A DNA stretch of 64,000 nt from Callorhinchus milii (taxonomy: Eukaryota): positions 21,824,001 to 21,888,000 of the forward strand of contig NW_024704744.1 in assembly GCF_018977255.1 (NCBI RefSeq). The letters are read 5' to 3'. Position numbers and translations under genes: made by a program. Under the pieces are notes generated by a model, which saw nothing but the letters and a program-made list of their open reading frames with translations, was not told where the DNA came from and did not search any database. Shown piece by piece: positions 10,269-22,170 of this stretch (its first letter is position 1; each line of letters begins with the position of its first letter).

Positions 10269-11152
10269 ATGGCAGGGCAGCTGAGACCGGTTGTATGCAC
10301 AATGTGTGCCATGTGGGAACTGCAGGATGCTTAGTGTGCCCTGGATAAACACATGTGTTAAAAGTGCCTCCAGCTGCTTGAGCTCAGGGATTCTAAGCTC
10401 GAAAAGAGGCTGGTGTCACAGCAAACGGGAGGCTGAAGAGTTCATGCATCAAATGTGGTGGACATCCCACAGCACAGAGAGTTAAGAAGGAGAGTGAGTG
10501 AGTGACCACCTGGCAAGGTTGGAAGAAGGGTCGGGCAGGTCAGAAGTCCCCTGAGAGTGTGGCACTCACAAACCAGTTCTCTGTACTGAATACTGATCAG
10601 GGTGATGACACCTCTGGGGATCGGAGTCAAAAGCAAATGATAGGAGGGACGCAGGGAAGAATGTAAATGCAATTGTCATTAGGGACACAATGGTGAAAGG
10701 AGTAGACAAGCATTTCTGCAACCAAAGATGTGACTCACATGGTATGTTGCTTTACTTGTGCCAGGATTGAAGACATCAAGGAACGGTACAAAACATTCTA
10801 CAGGGGGAAGGGGAACATCCAGAAGTTGTGGTCCGTGTTGGGATCTATAATCTGGGAAATAAAAGGCTGAGATCTTCCAGAGAGAGTATCAGAAGCTAGA
10901 GAAAAAGCTAAAGGGCAGGACTTCGAAGGTGGTGATCGCTGGATTACTCCCAGTGTCTAATGCAGGATCAAACACATGAATGCATGGCTGGAGAAATGGT
11001 GCAGAAAGGGAGGTTTCAGGTTTCTGGATCATTGAGACCAGTTCTGGGGCAGATGAGACCTGTACAAGGTAGATGTGGTAAACCTAAACAGGGCTGAGAC
11101 CAACGCCCTGGCAGGAAAGTTAACTAGTGCTGTGGGGAAGGGTTTAAACTAA
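10269..11152 (+). pseudogene. CR1 ORF1 remnant (CxxC zinc finger, coiled coil, SGNH esterase)
   Basis: MAGQLRPVVCTMCAMWE...HMC*KCLQL; AIVIRDTMVKGVD; MVCCFTCARIEDI; VVVRVG; GFRFLDH. Multiple stops and frameshifts. Confidence 0.8.
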
Positions 11153-11280
11153 TTTCGAGGGGGAAGGAAATCAGGATGTAGCATTAGAGAGGACAAACAA
11201 CTTACATAGAGGGCTGGTAGAGGTGAATAGAAATGTAATCAGGAGTAGAGGGGGAGAAATGCTGAGCAGACTCAGTCATC

Positions 11281-13859
11281 TTGGAGTGCATGTGTGTAAA
11301 TGCACAGAGTGTGACAAATAAGCTTGATAAGCTGCAGGCTCAAGTTGCCACATGGGGTTATGATGTATTGGCAGTAACAGAGACCTGGCTCAAACAAGGG
11401 CAGGAATGGGAGCTGAATATTCCTGGCTACAATGTATTCAGGAGGAATAGAGAAGGAAAAAAGGAGCGGGTGGCAATATTGATTAAAGACATGGTTACGG
11501 CCCTGAAAAGAGAGAATATGCTAGAGGGTCCAAAAACAGAATCAATTTGGTTAGAGTTAAGGGGCAGAATCTGCACAAAGTTTTCAGAAAGATGCCAAAC
11601 CAATAGAGTAACGATAATAGGGGACTTTAATTATCCTAATATAGACTGGCAAAATAATAGTGTAAAGGGCAAGGAGGGGGAAGGAATTCTGAAATGTGTG
11701 CAACATAACTTTCTGGATCAGTATGTTTCCATCCCAACAAAGAAGGAAGCAGTGCTGGATCTAGTTCTGGGGAATGAAGTGGTTGAAGTGGAACAGGTTT
11801 CAGTAGGAGAGCATCTGGACAACAGTGACCACAACATCATTAGGTTTAGAGTACTTATGGAAGGGACAAGGATTAATCAAAGGTGAAGGTTTTAACTGGA
11901 AGAGAACTTATTTCAGTGAGTTAAAAAGGGACCTAGCCAAGTTGGACTGGAAAGAAAGATTGGCAGGTAACACAGCTAATGAGCAATGGGAAGCCCTCAA
12001 GGAGGAGATAGTTCAGGGATAGAACAAATATATTCCCACAAAGTGGAAATGTAGGGCATCCAAATCTCCCTGGACAAATAAGGAAATTGAGATTAAAATA
12101 AAACAGAAAAATGAGGCTTATGTTAAAAGATTAGCGGGTAACATAAAAGGGAACCGTAAGCTATTTTATAAGAAAATAAAGAATGAAAGGTTAGTCAAAG
12201 GTAGGGTGGGTCCAGTTAGGGACTAAAGAGGAAATCTTCTTGTGAAGGCAGAGGGCATGGCTGACCTACTGAATGAGTACGTTGTATCTGTCTTCACAAA
12301 AGAAGACAATGCAGCCAATGCGTCAGTATCGGAGGAGAAGGTAAAGAAATTGGATAAGTCAAGAATAAACTGAGAGGAGGTACTGAAAAGGTTGACTGTG
12401 CTCAAGATAGATAAGTCACCCGGTCCGGATGGTATGCATCCTAGTTTACTGAGGGACGTAAGGGTGGAAATAATGGGGGCTCTGGCCACAATATTTCAAT
12501 TCTCCTTGGACACCAGGGTGGTGCCAGTGGGCTAGATGTTACTCCCCTCTACAAAAAGGGTCAGAAGGATAAACCCGAGAACTACAGACCAGTCAGCCCA
12601 ATGTCAGTAGTGGGGAAATCTCTAGACACTATAATCTGGGCTAAAATAAAGTTTTACTTAGTAAATATGGATTAATAAACGACAGCCAACACAGATTTTT
12701 TAAAGGCAAATCTTGTCTAACAAACCTATAGTTTTTGGATGAAGTAACGGAAAGGGTGGATGAAGGTAGTGCAGTTGATGTAGTTGATATGGATTTTCAA
12801 AAGGAGATTGATAAAGTGCCACATAAATGACTTGTAAGCAAAATAGAAGCCCATGGTATTAAAGGGACAGTGGCAGCATGGATACAAAACTAGCTGGGAG
12901 ACAGAAAGTAGAGAGTGGTGGTGAATGGTTATTGTTCTGACTGGAGGGAAGTGTGCAGTGGTGTCTTCCAGGGTCAGTATTGGAACCAATGCTGTTTTTG
13001 ACTTGTGTAACTGACCTGGACTTGGGTGTGGGAGTACATTTTCCAAGTTTCCTAAGCTAGGAAAAGTAGTAAACAGTGAGGAGAATAGTATTAACTGCAA
13101 GAAGACATAGATCAGCTGGTAAAATGGGCAGACACGTGGCAGATGAAGTTTAATAATGTGAAATGATGCATTTTGGGAGGAAGAATGAGGAGATACAACA
13201 TAAGCTGGATGATAAATCTTAAGGGGGTGAAGCAACCGAGAGACCTGGGGCTTCATATAAGTAAATCTTTGAAGGTGGCAGGACAGGAAGAAAAAACTGT
13301 TAAAAAAGCATGGGATACTAGGCTTTATAAATAGGGGCACAGAATACAAAAGTCGTGAAGTTACAATGAACTTTTATAAAACACTGGTTAGGCCTCAGCT
13401 AGAGTACAGTGTTCAGTTCTGGGCACCACACTTTAGCAAGGATGTCAAGGCATTGGAGAGTGTGCAAAGGAGATTTACCAGGATGGTACCAGGAAGAAGG
13501 GACTTCAGTTATCAGAAGAGGCTAGAGAAGCCAGGATTATCCTTCCTCGAGCAAAGTTAAGCGTAGACTCAGTAGAACTTTTCAAAATTATGAGGGGATT
13601 CGATAGGGTGAACATGGAGAAACCATTTCCACTGGCGGGTGGGTCGGTAACCCAAGGACACCGATTTAAAATAGTTGTTAAAAGAAACAGGGATGTGAGG
13701 GAAAATGTTTTCACACAGCAAGTTGTTCAGATCTGGAATGCATTGCTTGAAAGGGTGGTGGAATCCGATTTGAAAGCAACATTTAAGAGAGAAGTCAATA
13801 ATCATTTGGGGAGAACAAGTTTGCCGGACTACGGGAAGAGAGCAGGGGAGTGGGATTGA
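11281..13859 (+). pseudogene. CR1 ORF2 remnant (APE endonuclease and reverse transcriptase)
   Basis: VNAQS, AVTETWL, GDFNYP, LDLVL and SDHN (APE); KSPGPDGMHP, NYRPVS, MDFQKEIDKVPH and LVRPQLEY (RT). Many stops and deletions. Confidence 0.9.
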
Positions 13860-13959
13860 TTTGAATAGCTCTTTTCAAAGAACCAGCACAAATACGATGG
13901 GCCGAATGGCCTCCTTCTGTGCTGTATAATTCTATGATAATATGATAATTCTATGATAA

Positions 13960-14220
13960 CCATTACGGATTTGGCTTGTAGAGTTAACAATGATTGGTCT
14001 GTCCTGTTGACAGGCCTGGCTGCCGATTTTGCAGCAGATCCTGCAGGTCTGACTGGCTCAGGAACTGGATTACCAAAACTGAGGGTTGACTCAATTTTGA
14101 CATACTGTTGCCATGTATGTCACCTTGTAGCCAGCTCAGCTCCCAGCAGAGTACACTTACCTTACCTCAGGAAGATAGTCATAGATTGTGAGTATGACCT
14201 TGTTACAGTGGTTGAGCCCA
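13960..14220. mobile_element. Element X internal part, resuming after the CR1
   Basis: CCATTACGGATTTGGCTTG...CTGGCTCAGGAACTGGATTACCAA is colinear with 29238-29420 and 33405-33690. Confidence 0.7.
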
Positions 14221-14609
14221 AATTCAAGTAAATATTTTAATGGATATTAAGCAGCAATAGCCATTCATAAATCTTTAATGCTTAAGGATTTGTTTACGGA
14301 GAATAGGTCCGAGGAGAGATTCCAATTGTGAATTTCAAAGATTGAGTTTGTTACTTTACTAAAATATCTAAAAATCTAAATATTTTGGGGCATTTCATTA
14401 ACTATATATAGTTAAATGATAAATATGCTTCAAAAGACAACAATGACAGATTAATTCTTAAACCCCAATGAAGGCAAAAGGCAAACAGTATCATACATTC
14501 ATGCTGTCATCAATGCAATTAGATGGGCACAAACAGGTTAATCCCTTCAATTCCTGGCTATGAAGACACCAATAGGCATTACGAAGGATATTTGCTGAAC
14601 ATTCTGTGA

Positions 14610-14730
14610 ACATTCACTCTCTAGAACTCCATCCTGGAGTCCTTCCGACTTGCTCCCTCTTTCACTTTGTTCAAGGTCCATCTCAAAATGTACTTTGACT
14701 TTCAGTCATCTTTCCTCCTCCACTCCCATC
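14610..14730 (+). mobile_element. Decayed L2 3' fragment
   Basis: CTCTAGAACTCCATCC...TTCAAGGTCCATCTCAAAATG...TTTGAC. Confidence 0.55.
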
Positions 14731-14788
14731 CCCAGTTTTGATATACTATCTGAAACAGTATAAAATATTAAAGCTCCTCTCTGGTATG
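14709..14788 (+). repeat. Direct repeat copy (partner at 15749-15822)
   Basis: TATACT(A/G)TCTGAAACAGTATAAAATATTAAAGCTCCTCTCTGGTATG, a 47 bp core with one mismatch. Confidence 0.9.
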
Positions 14789-15011
14789 CAACAGTATGCC
14801 AAGCCAGTATTGTTAAGTGTCATAGCCTCCTGATGTGATGTGCTATATAAATATAAATTGTTGTATTTGCAAATAGGACAAGACTACCAACTCAGCAACC
14901 ACACTGAAATTAGTGTTTTTCACTGATTTACTATTACAAGTATTTCTGAAATCATTTCCTATTCATCTCTATGAAAAAAGTGAACCAGATAATAATATTG
15001 ATAAAAAAATT

Positions 15012-15412
15012 ATTATAATAATAATAATAATCCTTGCCATCAATTTTGCGCCTTTCACATCAGGAGGATATTTCAAAGCACTTAACAGGATTTACAGCAA
15101 AGTGTATATTTCACACTGTGTATTTTATAGGCAAGTGCAACAGTCAATTTGCACACAGCAATGTCCCACAAATACCTGTGAAATGAATTACCAATTTTAT
15201 TTTGGGGGTCATTGAGTGAAATTCCCTTCTCTTTTCGAATTGTACCATTGGGATGTTCAACACCTGAACAGTTAAGACCTCGGTTTGACATCTCAACTGA
15301 AGGACACAATTCCCCAAGAACTGCATTTGAGTATCGGTATAGATTTTGTGAGGTCAAAGTCTCAATGTGGGACCTCTAACTCGGAGATGAAAGTGCTACC
15401 AAATGAGCCAGG
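15012..15412 (-). mobile_element. Old Deu-domain SINE
   Basis: (AAT)n tail, CAATTTGCACACAGCAATGTCCCACA, ACCTCGGTTTGACATCTCA and head GTGCTACCAAATGAGCCA. Confidence 0.85.
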
Positions 15413-15748
15413 AATATATTATGGCTTTGAGGATCATTGTTAACCACAGGCTAAATATAAGGAATGATAAAGCTGAAGCAAATGTTACAACATAGGTAGT
15501 GGTGGGCTTTCGAAGTTAAATCATAAAATAGTGTCACATTTCTTCTATTAGGCATGCTGTGCGATCTGCAACATAATGGAACTATTTAGTAGACCAGAAG
15601 CTTGGATAGTACTTACAGAGTTTTCCCTTAATACTCTAATATGCTTTCAACAATCACAGATATTCTAACTAAGGATTAGCAAATTTGGTCTGCATCCAAT
15701 GAACTGAAACGTATTGAACTCTGAGCCAGAAGCTGATTTAAAAATTCC

Positions 15749-15822
15749 TCTTCCCTCCTCCAACCCCATCAACTCTATACTGTCTGAAACAGTATAAAAT
15801 ATTAAAGCTCCTCTCTGGTATG
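15749..15822 (+). repeat. Direct repeat copy (partner at 14709-14788)
   Basis: Same 47 bp core plus a similar C-rich upstream segment. Confidence 0.9.
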
Positions 15823-16352
15823 TATTAATGCAGAGTTGCCCAATACATTAGCCACTAGCCACATGTGGAAAATTGGAAATCCAGAATTTGCAAAATTGCA
15901 TTTTTGACCAGTGAATAAAAAATAAGTAATAGACACCTTAAGGTATGTGGTGAAAATGGTGTCACTATAGCCACACCTGTGGCTAGTCAACAATTTCTAT
16001 TGGACGCACTGTGTTAATTGGATGGGATGAAATTAGTAGTGATAATCGTCACAAGGAACAGGTTCTGAAATATCTCTAATTTCAACCCATGGAATATTTA
16101 AACCCTTCTTCATCTTATAGCAATGCTTTAGACACTTACTTTCAATCCATGGTTCATATGATCTGGGATGCTACCCTGCATGAGGGTGCTATATTGTTGT
16201 TGTTCTTACTCCAGAATCTTTGCTTGGGCTCCCAGTCTGTCTCCATGAAGAGATTTAAGATGTTTTCCTATCTGAAAGGAACAATAGAACAAATGTATTT
16301 ACATTTTAAAGTAAAAATAATTACTGTAAAACATCCAGCGTTCCTATTAATG

Positions 16353-16790
16353 CAACAACAACAAAATTACAGTTGTATAGCGCCTTTCACGTTGGGAGGA
16401 CGTCCCAAGGTGCTGGACAATAAGAGTTTCGGACCCGAGTTGGGGGTTGGGATCAGGGAAGGTTTAGGGTGGAGGGGGAAGGAGGGTGACTGATGGCACA
16501 GTCGAAGAGAACGGTTTTGAGACAGGTCGTGAAGGAGGCAAAGCGCCTTGGGATGTCCTCCCGATGTGAAAGGCGCTCTATAAATGTAATTTTGTTGTTG
16601 TTGTTGTTTGCGTAGTCGAGCCTGGATGTTATGAATGCATGTATGAGGATCTCGACAGCCTATGATGTGAGACAGTAGTGGAGCAGGGCTATGTTGCAGA
16701 GTTGGTGAAGGCAGAGCAGCTCATGGCACGGAGGGGGGTAGAAAGGATAGTTGAGGGTCAAGCAATGTTTCAGAATGGCTTAGTTAAGTG
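16353..16790 (-). mobile_element. L2 fragment with an opposite-strand L2 tail (16542-16606) replacing an internal segment
   Basis: Minus-strand tail and UTR at 16353-16540, plus-strand tail, then minus-strand RT sequence at 16607-16790. Confidence 0.85.
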
Positions 16791-18089
16791 GATTGTTTCC
16801 TGAAGTTGTGAATACAATGTGATCATCAAGTCAATTCCATTGTTATCCTGTAAAGCGCTTTGAGAAGCCTCAATGACAGGATAAGGAGTTTATGAAAAGC
16901 AAATATTATTATTTTATTATATACATTAAGTAGGGGTAAGAGAGATTATATATTTCATTATATTCATATATTCCACCTACGGAATACGTAGTCACTGCAC
17001 TTTACAGTAAATCCCATGAAATGCTTTGAGACATTTTAATGAGGTAATAAGGCACTATATCAAATGTAAGGATTATTATTGTAACACAAAACAAGTCATA
17101 TGATGTTATCAAACTATGAGCACTCATAAACACTGTTTACATGACCTAAAGTTGGCATGTATGGTGCCGCGTCCCAGAGACTTTATGTGGTACATTATTA
17201 TTTCTATAAATTAATGTTTAAAAGGTGCTGATGCTGTTCTAAATATCTCTAGAATGTATTTTGTAGTATCAATATAGTAGAATTTCCACATTAATGCAGA
17301 CAGTTGTATTTAACAGGCATGCATGAGTTATATTTATACTATATATGAACTATTATGTTACAATATATACAAAATATAAGAATATATTGTCCATGTAATT
17401 CACTTAATAGCATCTGAAGAACTGAAACCACACTTTCGCTGAAATTTAAAATGACTAGTTTGATTCACAATCTTTAGTGTGCTGATAAAAGCGTTATATA
17501 AAAACTGTCAAGCGAAAAGTTTAATATGACTTAGTCCAGCATGAGACAATAAATCACCAAATAATTCCATAAACTGCTCCCCTTTTTTTTACACAAAAAA
17601 GTATAAAATATTAAATCTGGAATACTCAGATCCTATTTTGCCTACCATTTTATGTTTATGAATTAAGCTGCACTGGTTACATTCAGATTTGGACCTGAAA
17701 TTCAATGCTGATCTGTACAGCTTATTGCTGAGGTAGTCCTCTTGGATGGACATTAATCAGGCTTGGAGCTGATGAAATGAGCAAAGCAGAGCTCACATTT
17801 AAAGCGGCATCTTATAAATGTTGCTTTTTACCCCGTGTTAAGTTTTATATCTCAATGCAGTTCACTTAAAGTGCCTCACAAGCAATAATGGATGGGACAG
17901 TTGTGAGTTTCTGCCAGTATTTGTTCAAACGCTTTGTGGTTCACTCAGTTGATTCTAGAGTTTCTTATCAGAAGATAAGGGCTGGAGTGGCTACCATCAC
18001 ACATTCCCAAAGCTTCTCCAGATGGCTCAAGAGTGAAAACTCACCCTTTCCAAACAAACAAACCCCTTTATTACACCATTTGTTAGTGG

Positions 18090-18430
18090 CCTGACACTGG
18101 CTGCTAATGTTCTCAATATTAGCTCACCATTAGGACAGCTATTTAATTAAATTCTCAAGGCTCCATTTTGGTAAGGGTAATTCATTTGTAATGATCAACA
18201 AAATGCAAGCATCTTTGCTTTAGATAATGCGCTTTTATCAACTGCACTGCTTTACTTCAAATACTGGCTAGCAACGGTTTAACAGAGTCATTTGATCTTC
18301 CACCATAATGATTGAGCACATCTGATTAAATCAAATGTTAGCATTTCATACATCTCACATAGGATAGGGATATGCTTCTGTTTGTAGATAATGTAATTAA
18401 AGATAAATGATCCAGTTCAGAACACAAATT
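18090..18430. promoter_or_regulatory. Candidate conserved non-coding element
   Basis: Repeat-free, with dense TAATTA, TAATGA, TGATTA and AGATAA motifs. Confidence 0.4.
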
Positions 18431-18550
18431 AGCAAATGCAGTTTTGTTACATACTAAATATTATATCGTAACATATTATTCATTTCTATATAGACCTGAC
18501 TAAGTTTTCCTTCCCCCTCTCCCTTCCCCCAATATTCTCTCCTTGTCCAA

Positions 18551-18677
18551 ACAGTGTGAGGCAGCAATAAATAAGGCAAACAGGATGCTGGGCTATATTG
18601 TTATATCGGTTGAATTCAGAAACACAAGTCATGCTCAAGCTGTAGAGTGCTTTAGTCAGGCTGCACATGAATTACTG
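18551..18677 (+). mobile_element. CR1 RT fragment
   Basis: QCEAAINKANRMLGYI...LKLxSALVRLH. Confidence 0.75.
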
Positions 18678-19102
18678 AGGGCCACCCAAGCTCCAAAGGT
18701 AGTGCAGAGGTAGTGCACTCAGAAACACAGCTCCAATGTGTAATTCCATGTGATTCATTTTATGCATCCCTGTGCTTTTCCATCTGATGACTTGTTGATT
18801 TTATATTTATGTCCAAGTATCTCTCCCTATCTCCTTGGTATTCAGATTTATCTATTAATTTATAAATTTGTAACATGAGTCACAAGTAGCAACTACCATC
18901 AGTAACTAGAAGTGTGCCATGTTGGTAGTCTTGATCGCCAGCTTCATCTATAGCAGAGTTTTTGAGGATCAGCCTGACACTTGCTGCAGGTTACGAGCAA
19001 GAATTCCTATTTGTGAATCCAGTTACAAATTTTGCATTTGAGAGCCCATAGATCAGAACAACTTAAGAACATAGAAATATTTAGGATCAGAAACAACCAT
19101 TG

Positions 19103-19345
19103 TTGTTCATATAATACTCCTTACATTTGATATAGCGCCTTATCACATTGTTGAGACATCTCAAAGCACTTCACAGGATATACTGTGAAGTGGAGTGACT
19201 GTGTATTTTGTGAGTGAAATGCAGCAGCCAGTTTGTGCACAACAATGTCCCATAAACAGCCATGGAGTGAGTAATCCATTTTATTTGAGGGATTCATTGG
19301 CCAACTCAGAGGTGAGGGTGCTACCATTGTGCCAGGCTGACACCA
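19103..19345 (-). mobile_element. Internally deleted Deu SINE
   Basis: Tail and 3' Deu domain are joined directly to the head CTCAGAGGTGAGGGTGCTACC. Confidence 0.75.
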
Positions 19346-19419
19346 TATGACCAATTTCAACATAAACAATAATATTTAGTTCACTATCGTATCAATCAAT
19401 CAATCAATCGATCAATCAA

Positions 19420-19600
19420 ATCTTGCCAAATAGATGTCCACACCTCTCTTAACTGTTCAAACAAAATCTGCCTCAGTGCCTCCTTAGGTAGATTATGGCA
19501 TGTATTCAACCCTCTGTGTAAAATAATAAAATCAAAACTCTCTGTTCATATTCTCTCTTCTGAGTTTGAATCTGTGGTCTCTTATTTTAGCTTTCGTGAC
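19420..19600 (-). mobile_element. Old CR1 3' fragment
   Basis: The reverse complement shows ACACAGAGGGTTGAATACATG...CTACCTAAGGAGGCACTGAGGCAGA; a possible tail remnant lies at 19063-19100. Confidence 0.55.
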
Positions 19601-19617
19601 TTTACGAAATCTATCTA

Positions 19618-19946
19618 GGAGTCCTGTAGCTCAGTGGTTAGAGCACTCGCTTTGCAAGCGAGAGACCTGAGTTCAATTCCAGGCAGGGCGAAACCTTGGG
19701 CAAGTTTCCTTACTCCACACGCCTAATAATAATCCCTCCAAAAACCAAAAACAATAATAAATTGGTCATTTTCAATCTACGACTGTTTGTGGGACATTGC
19801 TGTGCGCAATTGGCTGCCGCGTTCGCCCACAAAAATACAGTCAATTCACTTTACAGTGTGTTCTGTGAAGCGCTTTGGGACGTCCTCCCGACGTGAAAAG
19901 CGCTATATCAAATGCAAGGATTATTATTATTATTATTATTATTATT
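19618..19946 (+). mobile_element. Intact young tRNA-Ala(TGC)-derived SINE with partial Deu domain and L2-type tail
   Basis: A box TAGCTCAGTGG, anticodon arm CTCGC-TTTGCAA-GCGAG, B box GTTCAATTCC, TGTGGGACATTGCTGTGCGCAATTGGCTGCCGCG, stem-loop and (ATT)n tail. Confidence 0.95.
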
Positions 19947-20007
19947 GACATGAAAAGAGCTCTGTAAATATGGATTTCTTCCAGCTGTTAAAGTACCCTG
20001 TCCATGT

Positions 20008-20290
20008 ACAACAATACAAATTTGCATTTATACAGCTCCTATCATGTTGGGAGGACATCTCAAAGTGCTTCCCTATATTGCCTGGAGGAGGGAGCTGAAG
20101 AGGGTGACGAGGGGAAATTTGGCTAAAAGTGTGGTCAAAGACTACCTCAAGACAAGGTGAGGGAGGGAGATAGTTGAAAGGAATCCAGATGGAATTCCAG
20201 AGAGTGGGGGGCAGAATGCCTGAAATCTCTCCTGACGATGGTGGGGTGAGAAGGGTGGGGTACATGAAGCAGGCCAGTGTCCACTGAGCC
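20008..20290 (-). mobile_element. L2 3' fragment
   Basis: Tail CAACAATACAAATTTGCATTTATA; GAATTCCAGAGAG corresponds to LWNS on the minus strand. Confidence 0.75.
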
Positions 20291-20879
20291 GATAGAATGG
20301 CCAGTAGTGCACTGGCATGAATAATATGGGAGTGGAGTGATAGAAAATGTAGTCACTTTATGAATGTATCTGAAGCCCTTGCGTTCTTCCATGTACAATT
20401 AATGAAGTTGTGGCAGCATTGCTTATCTGTAAAGAAGATCCTCATTGACCATAGAAACAAACTAGACAAATCAAGAGAGACATTGTGAAAGGCTTATCAA
20501 TTTTTTGAAAGAATAGATTGGGACAGATACACTGTAGATGGATTTCAAAGGTCTGGTTTGGACTTCATCTATGAAACAGCCTTGTGAATTAGAGAAGTTT
20601 TCAGAAATCACATTATTGTTAAGTGTAATTGCAGCACATGTAGCAGTGGGTTGCAATGGTTTAGTGGCTTATGCTTGTTGTAATTACTGCCTCCGGGAGC
20701 TAATGTTTTTTGTTTGGAAGAACATTTTTTGGAAATTCTTTGCAGTTTTTGTAGAATTTTCTTTTTAGGTACTCATGATTTTTCTTCATGTTCCGTGCTT
20801 AAATTCTCCGGAATGAGTCAGTCCAAAACAAGCGAACCTAATCTTACAATTTCAGCTAGATTGGTTAAAAGTAAATCTG

Positions 20880-21050
20880 TAGCAGTGCACAGAAAGAGAA
20901 CATGGAATGCACTGCCCTGAAGGCAGCAGAGGTAGAATAAACTGAGTTTTTTTAAAAAAAATAACGATGACATACTTGGAAAGTAAAGATATTAAGACAT
21001 ACAGAAATAAGTTGGGAAAATGGGATAAGAAAGGTAAATAGATTGCTCCA
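20880..21050 (+). mobile_element. CR1 3' fragment
   Basis: TGGAATGCACTGCCCTGAAGGCAGCAGAGGTAG...GACATACTTGGAAAG. Confidence 0.65.
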
Positions 21051-21092
21051 TCCTGTCTCTGCATTCTCCTTCAGTCCCTTTTTCCTTCCCAT

Positions 21093-21180
21093 ATAGAATG
21101 ATGGAATCTTAGAATATTACAGTACAGAAGGAGGCCATTTGGCTCATTGTACTTGTGCTGGCTCTCTGGAAGAGCTACTC
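21093..21180 (-). mobile_element. CR1 3' UTR
   Basis: ACAGTACAGAAGGAGGCCATTTGGCTCATTGTACTTGTGCTGGCTCT. Confidence 0.75.
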
Positions 21181-21959
21181 TTTGCGTCTTTCAGTAATCC
21201 TGATGCTAGTTCCTCTTCCACTCTGTTCCACCAACAGCGGTCAAATGTTAGCTAACAATGCCCCCGGGCTCTCCTAAAATCCTTTTGTTTTCCATATCAT
21301 CAACCTCCTCCATCTCTCTACCCTGCTCGGTGATCTGCTTGATCTTTGTAGTGCACTGTGTAATGTTTTCCCATCTGAAAGGTGTTATATAGATGCAAAT
21401 TGTTGTTGAAATGCCAGGAACTAATAGAATGATGAAACCAGCTCTGGGTGTTGTGTGGCTTACTCCTACTGCTAACTTTTTACTTTTTTCTCTTGTTGCC
21501 AATCGTAATATAGCTTGGACCATGGTTGTGTATTATGTGTGGACAACTGATTGGATCTTTGCCTGTTCTTATGGCAGTGATCAGGGGAAGCATAGAGTTT
21601 GACTGGATTCTGGGATAGTTGTTGAGTTTGTTTGGTGAGTTTAACATTTCACAGCAGTGATTTCCTTATTTTGTGTGGAAACAGGGTCATGTAATATCAT
21701 GTTCAACAGCTGTTATACAAAGCCCAAACTTGAGCCCACAAAACTGCATAAGATTACCTTTGACTTTTAAGATCATTCACGCTGACAAACCTGCAACTGT
21801 AATGAACTAGCAATAAACAAAGCACAACAGGTCGTTCCACATATTCTCACTATATTGAAGTGCTGCAGAATTATACATACCTTATTATGGTGCCTCTAAA
21901 ATTTCTGCTGACAAATCTTAGTAAAACATTACAAAGAAGAAGCATTTAATGTTTCATCA

Positions 21960-22170
21960 AGTAAAAGAATATGGCAGGGTAAAGATTGCCAATATGCTTA
22001 ATCAAGTATTTTAATATGCGTGCAGCACCTTATTGAAATCTGCTTTTTTAATGGATCTTATTAAACTAATCAATTTAATTATTCCCTACTGTTTGGCTGG
22101 CTTGCTGATGTGAGCTAATTTTTCATGAAATTCCTTGTAATTAAGCAGTCTGACTGGTGCACCCTAACTG
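21960..22170. promoter_or_regulatory. Candidate conserved non-coding element
   Basis: Repeat-free, with TTAATC, TTAATGG, TAATCAATTTAATTA and GTAATTAAG motifs. Confidence 0.35.

Larger units (their letters stand above)
9960..13958 (+). mobile_element. Near full-length decayed CR1 LINE (~4.0 kb)
   Basis: 5' UTR with an internal repeat, ORF1 and ORF2 remnants, 3' UTR GGGCCGAATGGCCTCCTTCTGTGCTG and an ATTCTATG-type tail. Confidence 0.95.

Noticed and set aside
12726-13349. 207 aa minus-strand ORF
   Set aside because: It is antisense to the CR1 RT and has no independent coding signal.
19621-19692. tRNA-Ala(TGC) gene (also at 42887 and 56574)
   Set aside because: It runs directly into a SINE body and tail, lacks the G3:U70 alanine identity pair and has an imperfect T stem, so it is a SINE head.
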